A DNA stretch of 38,572 nt, from assembly GCA_009778055.1 (NCBI GenBank), contig WRKN01000001.1:1-38572 (forward strand), given 5' to 3'. Below are positions 23,855 through 31,244 of the stretch, one piece after another; the first letter of the stretch is position 1; each line of letters begins with the position of its first letter. A program made the position numbers and the translations under genes. Under the pieces are notes generated by a model. The model made no database searches and was not told the DNA's origin. It worked only from the letters and a program-made list of their open reading frames with translations. The stretch comes from Synergistaceae bacterium. GTDB taxonomy: Bacteria > Synergistota > Synergistia > Synergistales > Aminobacteriaceae.

Positions 23855-24643
23855 TCAGCTTACCGCCCACACGGCGTAAAAACGCGCGACGGAGTGCCCG
23901 TCCCCGTCGGCGCGCGTCATGTCGTAAACGAAAGCGCGGGTCTTTTCATCCGGGCTGTCCGCATGATCGGCGGCCTTTACCCTCACCCGCGCCGTCTCTC
24001 CATATTTCAGGCTTATTCGGAACTCCGCGTCCGCCTCGCGCACCTGCCAGTCCATAAGATCCAGGGGCGTCGCCTCATACATCCATTCAAAGTACACGGC
24101 GTTGTTGACGTGCCCGTTGGCGTCCAGATCGTGAAAACGCACCGGGAAATCCGTTTCACGCAGAACGGGCGCGTCTTTGAGGGCTGGTCCGTTCAGTTTC
24201 GGGATAGAGGCGAACTCCGGGTCTATGGGAGGGTCGTCCGCCACGTCGCGAAAAACCTCCGGCAAGCGCTGTAATGCCCGCACAGGCCGTCCGGCGGCCA
24301 AGTCGATTAAAACCCAGGAAGTTCTCGCGAGAATCAGCGTCTCCGCTTCGTTGGCACGCGCAAAAACGCGAAAAGCGCGCAAAGTATGGAAACCGTCGTT
24401 CACAGTGTGACGGGTTTCGATCACTATCGCCTCATCCATAGCCGGCAGGCGCCTTTCCACTTTCAGTTGATAACGTAAAAGCACCCAACCGTACCCTCGC
24501 CGTATCAGATCGCCCGGCGAACCGTCGTTATCCATTACCGCAAGACTTGCCGTATCTTGAAGGCGGTTGAGAAGGGCCCGTATTTTGATCTCGTTGGTAC
24601 AAGCCGTCTCGGACGGCATTACCGTTAGTTTCTCCCTGTACAT
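23855..24643 (-). CDS. Acyl-ACP thioesterase family protein
   Basis: The length (~260 aa) fits a double hot-dog protein, with 'RFHDLDANGHVNNAVYFEWM' in the second half. The gene lies 4 nt upstream of trkA. Confidence 0.8.
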   Translation of the reverse strand: MYREKLTVMPSETACTNEIKIRALLNRLQDTASLAVMDNDGSPGDLIRRGYGWVLLRYQLKVERRLPAMDEAIVIETRHTVNDGFHTLRAFRVFARANEAETLILARTSWVLIDLAAGRPVRALQRLPEVFRDVADDPPIDPEFASIPKLNGPALKDAPVLRETDFPVRFHDLDANGHVNNAVYFEWMYEATPLDLMDWQVREADAEFRISLKYGETARVRVKAADHADSPDEKTRAFVYDMTRADGDGHSVARFYAVWAVS

Positions 24644-24747
24644 TTAATCATCTTCCCAAATTGAACAAATAAATCTTGAAGCCTTTCATTTATGATATCA
24701 TTCAGTTCGTGTCCTCGGGGGTAAAACGAAGAAGAAAATCCCGGTGG

Positions 24748-24806
24748 TTATTCACAGTCTAAACCTCTTTTCATTGTGGATAAGTGTATAACTGGATAGA
24801 AATGCC
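24748..24806 (+). repeat. oriC module copy 1 (DnaA box TTATTCACA + inverted perfect box TGTGGATAA + conserved flank)
   Basis: Hand alignment to 24871-24930 gives about 52 of 60 positions identical, including a 30-nt exact core AACCTCTTTTCATTGTGGATAAGTGTATAA. Confidence 0.8.
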
Positions 24807-24870
24807 CTAAAAGGCTCTCGTTTTTGTGGATAATTCTCCACATCGTTTTGAGCAAAGCAAAAAAGCCCCA

Positions 24871-24930
24871 TTATCCACATTCTGAACCTCTTTTCATTGT
24901 GGATAAGTGTATAATCAGATAGAAATAGCC
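24871..24930 (+). repeat. oriC module copy 2 (TTATCCACA + inverted TGTGGATAA + conserved flank)
   Basis: See copy 1. The copies are offset by 123 bp. Confidence 0.8.
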
Positions 24931-24979
24931 GACATGGCTTCTGTGTTTGTGGATAACCGGGCTATAGGAGTGAGCGGGA

Positions 24980-26311
24980 TTGCAGAATGATTTGCGGGCG
25001 CTGTGGCAGGACATTGTAGACAAAGCTGTGCCAAACCTCCCCGAGGGAAGCGCGGATCTGTGGTTCACGACATGTTCGCCGACGTCAATTGAAGACGGCA
25101 AATTGGTTGTGGACGTCGCGAACGTCTTTGCCAGAGAGCAAATGGCAAGCCGTTTTCTGGACGAGCTGAATAAAGCCGCTCAAAGCACGGGCGAGGTGTC
25201 CGGGGTGTGCCTGACGGTAATTGAAGGCGACGAGGACAGAAAGACGGAATGGGCGGAGCGCGCCGAAAAAACCGTACCGAAACCATCCAAAAGCAACCTT
25301 AACCTGAATCCAAACTACGAATTTTCATCGTTTGTGGTGGGTAAGTCGAATCGCCTTGCCCACGCCGCCAGTCTGGCTGTCGCCGAAACTCCCGGCGACG
25401 CCTACAATCCTCTTTTTATATGGGGAGGGGTCGGCCTTGGAAAAACCCACCTGATGCACGCCATATGCCACTATACGCTGAGCAAAAGAAGCGACCTCAA
25501 CGTAGTTTACGTAAGCTCGGAGAAGTTCGTCAACGAGTTCATTCAATCAATCCGCACCGGACAGGGCCAGGAGTTCAAGAGCAAGTACCGTAACGTGGAC
25601 ATCCTTCTCATAGACGACATTCAGTTTATGGGGGACAAAAGTTCGAGTCAGGAGGAATTTTTCCATACCTTCGACAGTCTTCGCGTGGCAAACAAACAGA
25701 TTGTCATATGTTCCGACCGTCCCCCCTCCGAGCTGCGCAACGTGGAAGACCGTCTGGTCAGTAGATTCGCGTGGGGACTGGTCACGGACATTCAGCCGCC
25801 GGATATCGAAACGCGAATAGCGATACTGCAAAAAAAAGCGCGCATGAGAGCGTACGAAATCCCGGAAGAAGTGGTGAATTTTCTGGCCCAGCGCATACCA
25901 AGCAACATAAGAGAGCTGGAAGGCGCTCTTAACCGTGTTATAGCATGTTCGGAGCTGTCAGGAGAATCAATAAGCATAGACAACTCCTCCATATGGCTTA
26001 AAGACGTTTTGAGGGAAGACATAAAAGCCCCGACAACTATAGGAAGCATACAGAGCCTGGTGGCGGAAAGTTTCGAGATGAGCGTGGACGACCTGGTAAG
26101 CTCGAAGCGCACGGCGGAGATAGCCATGGCCCGGCAGGTGGCCATGTATCTGTGCCGTGAACTCACCGAATCGAGCCTCCAGCACATTGGGCAGGCTTTT
26201 AGAAAGAAGGATCACACGACGGTGATACATGCTCACAAAAAAGTAAGTCATATGGTCAAGAGCGAAAACGGCATAAAAAACATTGTGGACAACATAAAGA
26301 ACAAGTTGTGA
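24980..26311 (+). CDS. dnaA: Chromosomal replication initiator DnaA (TTG start)
   Basis: 'FSSFVVGKSNRLAHAAS', the AAA+ Walker A 'GGVGLGKTHLMHAI', 'LLIDDIQF', and the domain IV 'TAEIAMARQVAMYLCRELTESSLQHIGQAFRKKDHTTVIHAHKKV' are present. AGGAG lies 9 nt upstream of the start. Confidence 0.97.
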   Translation: MQNDLRALWQDIVDKAVPNLPEGSADLWFTTCSPTSIEDGKLVVDVANVFAREQMASRFLDELNKAAQSTGEVSGVCLTVIEGDEDRKTEWAERAEKTVPKPSKSNLNLNPNYEFSSFVVGKSNRLAHAASLAVAETPGDAYNPLFIWGGVGLGKTHLMHAICHYTLSKRSDLNVVYVSSEKFVNEFIQSIRTGQGQEFKSKYRNVDILLIDDIQFMGDKSSSQEEFFHTFDSLRVANKQIVICSDRPPSELRNVEDRLVSRFAWGLVTDIQPPDIETRIAILQKKARMRAYEIPEEVVNFLAQRIPSNIRELEGALNRVIACSELSGESISIDNSSIWLKDVLREDIKAPTTIGSIQSLVAESFEMSVDDLVSSKRTAEIAMARQVAMYLCRELTESSLQHIGQAFRKKDHTTVIHAHKKVSHMVKSENGIKNIVDNIKNKL

Positions 26312-26323
26312 AACAGAGGCGCG

Positions 26324-26416
26324 TTTTCCACAAAAATTGATCAAAAACGCGCCCGGCTCAGAAATTCGTCCACACTGTCCACACGGTTTCCACAGCGGTT
26401 TCACACGGCTTCCACA
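26324..26416 (+). promoter_or_regulatory. oriC part 2: one near-consensus box (TTTTCCACA, 26324-26332) plus a same-orientation array of five degenerate nnnTCCACA boxes
   Basis: TCCACA occurs at 26369, 26378, 26389 and 26411, and TTCACA at 26400. The spacings are 9, 11, 11 and 11 nt. Confidence 0.7.
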
Positions 26417-26487
26417 GGTCGCCGGAAGTCTGGACACGAGGGATAAGGGTATTTATTCGCAGACTTGTTCAAAGCTATAACTACTGC

Positions 26488-26522
26488 TTCTTCTTTATTT
26501 TATAAATAAAAGTATAAATAAC
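26488..26522. promoter_or_regulatory. AT-rich tract, candidate DNA-unwinding element between dnaA and dnaN
   Basis: 'TTCTTCTTTATTTTATAAATAAAAGTATAAATAA' is almost devoid of G/C. It lies ~70 nt downstream of the box array and ends just before the dnaN SD. Confidence 0.55.
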
Positions 26523-26536
26523 AGGGGGAATTTCCT

Positions 26537-27799
26537 TTGAAAATAGAGATTTCGAGATCTGAGTTTCTCAAAGTATGGCAGATGGCCGAGAGGTCAAGCA
26601 GCTCAAAGAGCACAGTCGGGTCTTTGGGCGGAGTTCTTGTTACCGCCGCCGATAATAAAGTGTTGTTGTCGGCAACGGATCTCAAAACGTCAATCAAATG
26701 CGCGGCCGACGGAGTGAACGTGCTGAAAGAGGGTTCGGCCATATTCCCCGTGAGGATACTGGGCGAGCTTTTTAAGAAAGCGCCGACCGACGTATTCAGC
26801 GTTGATATTAAAGGCGAAAAGGGGATTCTGGTATCCGGGCGTAACAAGACGAGGTTTTCGACGTGGCCTTTGGACGACTTTCCGAAGCTGGCGCAGAGCG
26901 ACGGCGCGGACGTCCTTTGCGACGTTCCGGCATCCGACTTTCTCAGGGCGTTGTCCGAGGGATCCATAGCTAGCTCCCCTACGGACGATTTTCCGAAGTA
27001 CCTTGGGGCCTGCCTGGTTCAGCTCAAGTCCGGGCTGCTGCACGTGGCCTCCAGCGACGGTCACCGTTTGTCCCTGTCAAAATGCCTATGTGAACCTCAG
27101 AGCCAGAATGACACGGACCTTCTGCTTCCGATACTGCCTCTCAGGGAGCTGCAGCGTCTTTTGCAGGGCATAGGGCAGGATAAATCCGGCGGCGGGTCTG
27201 TGCGTATATTGTACGACGGTTCGATGGTGTGGTTTCAAATGGGCGGCGTCGAGTTTTCGATACGACGGGTTGAGTCCTCCTTTCCGAATTACGAGAGAAT
27301 ACTTAACCCCAACACAACAACGACGATGTTCGTGAGTCGTCCGGATCTTCTTTCCGCTCTTGACCGAATAGACGTAATAGTGCGTTCTCACACAAGGATG
27401 GTTGTTATGCACATTTCGCCCGGAGGAGAACTAAAGCTGACCGGCAGAGCGCCGGAGTTTGGCACGGCGGCCGAAGTGCTCGACGCCGCGGTTGAGGGCG
27501 ACGCTCTGAAGGTCGGATTTAACGTGGGGTTTTTGCAGGATGGCCTTAAGTCAATCAGTTTCGACCAGGTCAAGATAAGCCTGAATGGAGAAGCCGGTCA
27601 AATGACGCTGCGGCGCGACGGCTCCGATGATTTTCTTTACATGCTCATGCCGGTGCGAATAACCGAACAGGACATGATTGAGTCTGAAGAAGAGGAATAC
27701 GCCGGCGTAAAGGAAGAAAGCGAGAAAGGCGAAAAAAGCGAAAATGTGTGGGAAAATACGGAGGGGACTTTCAAAGGGGAGAAACTTCTGGAGATTTAA
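26537..27799 (+). CDS. dnaN: DNA polymerase III beta sliding clamp with a ~45-aa acidic C-terminal extension (TTG start)
   Basis: The position after dnaA and the overall three-domain length fit a beta clamp. The canonical C-terminal '...FLYMLMPVRI' is followed by 'TEQDMIESEEEEYAGVKEESEKGEKSENVWENTEGTFKGEKLLEI'. Confidence 0.95.
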   Translation: MKIEISRSEFLKVWQMAERSSSSKSTVGSLGGVLVTAADNKVLLSATDLKTSIKCAADGVNVLKEGSAIFPVRILGELFKKAPTDVFSVDIKGEKGILVSGRNKTRFSTWPLDDFPKLAQSDGADVLCDVPASDFLRALSEGSIASSPTDDFPKYLGACLVQLKSGLLHVASSDGHRLSLSKCLCEPQSQNDTDLLLPILPLRELQRLLQGIGQDKSGGGSVRILYDGSMVWFQMGGVEFSIRRVESSFPNYERILNPNTTTTMFVSRPDLLSALDRIDVIVRSHTRMVVMHISPGGELKLTGRAPEFGTAAEVLDAAVEGDALKVGFNVGFLQDGLKSISFDQVKISLNGEAGQMTLRRDGSDDFLYMLMPVRITEQDMIESEEEEYAGVKEESEKGEKSENVWENTEGTFKGEKLLEI

Positions 27800-27832
27800 C
27801 TTTTTAATTTTTTAACCTTTAATAATTTAGCT

Positions 27833-28936
27833 GTGGAACTATCAGAGACCGCTTGGAGAAATTTCAGGAACCTTGAGCCCCGCTGCCGGCAATGGCGTCC
27901 GGGGCTTAATGTCTTTCTGGGACCGAACGGTTCCGGCAAAACAAATATATTGGAGTCGTTTAACGTGCTCTCGGGATGGGGTGTTTTTCCAGTGCCGGGC
28001 AGCCGCGTTTCCTCCATGATAACCTGGGGATTCGCGGAAGGGCGGGCCCTTTTATCGGGGCGGGCGTTCGGCGAGCGTGATCTGGAAATTACCGCTCAGA
28101 TAGGCGAGAGATTAAGCCTTCGTGTGTCGAACGAGCGTATAAATTACTCGGAGCTGAGGGCGTTTTTACCGTCCCTTTCTTTTTTGCCGGGTGATGTGAA
28201 CATTATTGACGGTTCGCCGTCCGTCCGCCGTTTTTTTATTGATAAGCTATGCGCTCTTTGTTCCCCTTTGTACGCGCGCAGGCTGGCGGAGTACAGGCAG
28301 TTGGTGCGTCAGAGGGCCGCGCTCCTGCGCCGGAACGCGCAGAACACGCCGCTCAGGGCTTCGAGTATCCCGACAGCTCAATTAGGTGGCTGGATAAGGT
28401 TAGTCAGGCAAAGAGCGGTTGATCTTTTAAGTAAGAACCTGTCTGTTGAAAAATCCTCTTTGGAAAATAATCTGCTGCCTTTCGACATAAGCGTGTCTGT
28501 GGAACTCAGAGGCGGTGTTGGTGAAAAGACCGGTTTTGGACTTGAGGACTATATCGAGGATCTGAGATCCGCTCTTGACGCAGGTATGGAGCGTGAGCGC
28601 CATGCCGGTTTAGTGCTGGCCGGGCCTCATCGGGACGACCTTGTGTTCTCGTGCCTGGGGCGTCCCGCCGCGCTTGTCCTTTCGCGCGGACAAAAGAAGC
28701 GCGTCGTGATGGCGGCTATTCTGGCGGCGGGACGCCTTATTGAGGTGAAACTGCGCGTAAAACCCATACTGATCCTTGACGATGTCGCGGCCGAGCTGGA
28801 CGCGGACGGCAGGTCGCTCATGGGGCAGGCCCTCGTGGAAACCGGCTGGCAGGTTTTTGCCGCTGGGGCGGAAAATCCATTTGATACGGTCAATAGTACG
28901 GTATGGCGCGTAAATGACGGGAAAATCACGGAGTAG
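27833..28936 (+). CDS. recF: DNA replication and repair protein RecF (GTG start)
   Basis: Walker A 'GPNGSGKTNILE', 'LSRGQKKRV' and Walker B 'ILILDDVAAELD' are present. The synteny is dnaA-dnaN-recF. Confidence 0.9.
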   Translation: MELSETAWRNFRNLEPRCRQWRPGLNVFLGPNGSGKTNILESFNVLSGWGVFPVPGSRVSSMITWGFAEGRALLSGRAFGERDLEITAQIGERLSLRVSNERINYSELRAFLPSLSFLPGDVNIIDGSPSVRRFFIDKLCALCSPLYARRLAEYRQLVRQRAALLRRNAQNTPLRASSIPTAQLGGWIRLVRQRAVDLLSKNLSVEKSSLENNLLPFDISVSVELRGGVGEKTGFGLEDYIEDLRSALDAGMERERHAGLVLAGPHRDDLVFSCLGRPAALVLSRGQKKRVVMAAILAAGRLIEVKLRVKPILILDDVAAELDADGRSLMGQALVETGWQVFAAGAENPFDTVNSTVWRVNDGKITE

Positions 28937-28973
28937 AATTTTTTTACGCTTAAAGGTCATTGATAGTCAATAA

Positions 28974-29639
28974 TCAGCGACTCTTTTTTGGCAAAAATTT
29001 TCCTAGAAGAAAGCGGCTCAGCAGGACGGCAAAGAGAAAGAGAACGACGGGGTTTATCAGAGCCGCGACCCGTGGTTCGGCTCCCCAAAGCGCGGCCGCG
29101 TCAAATGGGACGAAAACGATAACGAGATAGGCGGAAAACGAAAACGCCGTCACCGACGAAAAACGGGAGCCGCGAGAGCCGGTCGACCTCCAGGCGGCGG
29201 CGAAAGAAAGGACAAGTCCGGTAAAAAAAAGGGCCGCTGTTATGAGTAGCTTGCTGTCTGCAAGGCTTGCGAGGCGCAGAACCATAGAGAGGCTTTCGAG
29301 GTCGTATAACACCCCGGGAACACCGGCTGTGAGCGCAAATTGGTTTAAGGCCCATGCCGTTGTGAATGTAAACGCCAGACATATACCTTTGAGCAGGGCG
29401 GCTTTGCCGGCGCTTGGACCCGAGAAAATGAAAGCGGCGCTTATCGCCGCAAACCACCATCGCGAACCGAGTCCGGCAAAGGAGAGAAACGACGCGCCGC
29501 TCCAAGGCAGAAATAAGGTGGATAAAAAAGGAAAGAAAAGATTGAAACCCGCCTTCTGATTTTCCTTCCCGTTTTTCTTCGGCGGCGTCACCAGCGCGAC
29601 AAGCGTGACGTAAACAGCGCACAAAAAGATGTCGAACAT
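28974..29639 (-). CDS. Polytopic membrane protein of unknown function (~6 TM), last gene of the TAXI-TRAP operon
   Basis: The protein is hydrophobic throughout. The ATG at 29639 lies 4 nt after the DUF1850 stop, with a TTG at 29642 as an alternative. Confidence 0.65.
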   Translation of the reverse strand: MFDIFLCAVYVTLVALVTPPKKNGKENQKAGFNLFFPFLSTLFLPWSGASFLSFAGLGSRWWFAAISAAFIFSGPSAGKAALLKGICLAFTFTTAWALNQFALTAGVPGVLYDLESLSMVLRLASLADSKLLITAALFFTGLVLSFAAAWRSTGSRGSRFSSVTAFSFSAYLVIVFVPFDAAALWGAEPRVAALINPVVLFLFAVLLSRFLLGKFLPKKSR

Positions 29640-29643
29640 CAAT

Positions 29644-30156
29644 CTAATAAAATCCTTTTACGGGAACGTCTTTGAACTTTTTGATTGACGCCTCGATGAA
29701 AACTCTTTTCGAGGGGAAATGTTTATAGATTTCCACAGGGTTGAGCGGCGGAAGCTGCCATGTGTTTCGTCCAAACGCGTCGTCGCCGATTCTGTATGCT
29801 ATCCTCTTTTCCATTCTTCTTCCTCCCTGTACGACCATCCACGGAGGGCTCATGACGAACTTTCCGTGCTCCGGCGCGCTGAACGGGAGACCCGCGCCCT
29901 GTGACCGCACCCGTTCCTCCCATCCCCATATTCCGCCCTGAAGGATTCGGTACTCGTTGACAACCGGCGTTAACTGGACGGAGTGGATATAGGTTGTGAC
30001 GAAGGCTGCTCCGTGCGGCAGAGGCGAAGAAAAAAGCAGCGCGCCGCCCTGTGCGGACACCATGAGGCAGTTGACCGGCATGTTGTAGAGCAGGACAGCA
30101 CAGCAAAATGCCCCGAGCGCTAATTTAAGCAGCATAACTACAGGCAGGGGCGACAT
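29644..30156 (-). CDS. DUF1850-like protein (TRAP-TAXI associated)
   Basis: One N-terminal TM is followed by 'FVTTYIHSVQLTPVVNEYRI....GAGLPF'. The position after a TAXI receptor gene is typical for DUF1850 (from memory). The start was chosen at the ATG 30156; the ORF extends to 30237. Confidence 0.65.
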   Translation of the reverse strand: MSPLPVVMLLKLALGAFCCAVLLYNMPVNCLMVSAQGGALLFSSPLPHGAAFVTTYIHSVQLTPVVNEYRILQGGIWGWEERVRSQGAGLPFSAPEHGKFVMSPPWMVVQGGRRMEKRIAYRIGDDAFGRNTWQLPPLNPVEIYKHFPSKRVFIEASIKKFKDVPVKGFY

Positions 30157-30217
30157 TCTGCCGCCCCTGCGCCGCGTCGGTAAAAGAAAACTGACAAAGC
30201 CGAGGCCGGGATGACCG

Positions 30218-31186
30218 CTAGTTGACCGCCATGCCATTTTCCTGATAGAACTTCGCCGCCCCTGGGTGCAGAGGTATGGTCAGACCTTCAAGCGCTGTTT
30301 CGAGGTTGATTTCCCTGCCCTTGGCGTGAGAGGCGTGAATGTCCGCAATGTTGTCGAACATGGTCTTCAGGAAATTGTAAATGAGTTCTTCGGAGATATC
30401 ACTGTGGGTGACGAGAATGGCCATTACCGCCGGGGTGGCGGTATCCGTGTCAATTCCGCGGTACGTCCCCGCCGGAATGACGCTGGGGACGAAATAAGGA
30501 TGAGTCTTGCCGAGTTCAGCCATAAATTCGGCGGAGAAGTCCATAAGGGAGATATCCCTGGTGGTCGCAAGATCCATGACGGCCGCGGTAGGATACCCGG
30601 AGACGACAAAGCCCGCGTCAATCTGGTTATCCTTGAAACGGTTCGCCGTGGCTCCAAAGTCGAGGTAATCGGCTCTCATGTCGTCGAGCTTGATGCCGGC
30701 CACCTCGAAAATCGCCGTCACGTCAGCCAGAACGCCCGAACCTGGGGCCCCCACTCCTACCCTCTTGTTCTTGAGGTCGCTAATCGTCTGTATTCCGGAG
30801 TCTTTCGCGGTGATGAGCTGAAGGTGCTCAGGATAAAGCGCTACTATGGCGCGAAGGTTGGTCAGAGGGGAGCTGAACATGTGCTCTCCTGAGTAGGCCC
30901 AGTAAGCGATGTCGTTTTGCACAAAAGCGATCTCAATTTCTTTCGTGCCGATGAGGTTCGCGTTGGCTACCGACGCGTTCCCCGTTTCGGCCGTGGCCTG
31001 AATGGCGGGATGCTTGCTGACGGCCTGGGCTATGGCTCCGCCGATGGGATAATAGGTTCCCGCCGTGCCGCCTGTGGCTATCGACACAAACGCCCGCGCC
31101 GCAAACGCCGGCGCTGCCGCTGTCAGGGAAACCATTACTGCCGCAATAACACAAATTGAAAGAAACCGCATCTTCATTACCTTCAT
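30218..31186 (-). CDS. TAXI-family TRAP transporter solute-binding protein
   Basis: The signal peptide is 'MKVMKMRFLSICVIAAVMVSLTAAAPAFA', followed by 'SIATGGTAGTYYPIGGAIAQ'. AAGGAGG lies 9 nt upstream of the ATG at 31186. Confidence 0.9.
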   Translation of the reverse strand: MKVMKMRFLSICVIAAVMVSLTAAAPAFAARAFVSIATGGTAGTYYPIGGAIAQAVSKHPAIQATAETGNASVANANLIGTKEIEIAFVQNDIAYWAYSGEHMFSSPLTNLRAIVALYPEHLQLITAKDSGIQTISDLKNKRVGVGAPGSGVLADVTAIFEVAGIKLDDMRADYLDFGATANRFKDNQIDAGFVVSGYPTAAVMDLATTRDISLMDFSAEFMAELGKTHPYFVPSVIPAGTYRGIDTDTATPAVMAILVTHSDISEELIYNFLKTMFDNIADIHASHAKGREINLETALEGLTIPLHPGAAKFYQENGMAVN

Positions 31187-31244
31187 TAATATGTTCCTCC
31201 TTAAAAAATAAATTTCACAAAAAATTTTACCCGACGGACGCGCG

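Larger units (their letters stand above)
24748..24956. promoter_or_regulatory. oriC part 1 / dnaA promoter region: cluster of DnaA boxes upstream of dnaA
   Basis: Perfect TTATCCACA or its complement occurs at 24775-24783(-), 24825-24833(-), 24871-24879(+), 24898-24906(-) and 24948-24956(-). One-mismatch boxes occur at 24748-24756 (TTATTCACA) and 24834-24842 (TTCTCCACA). TATAAT lies at 24910-24915. Confidence 0.88.

Noticed and set aside
26366-26416. I considered the regularly spaced TCCACA repeats as a possible mini CRISPR or other tandem array.
   Set aside because: The unit is ~10-11 nt with no spacer-repeat structure. The motif is the DnaA-box core, and the location is the dnaA-dnaN spacer.
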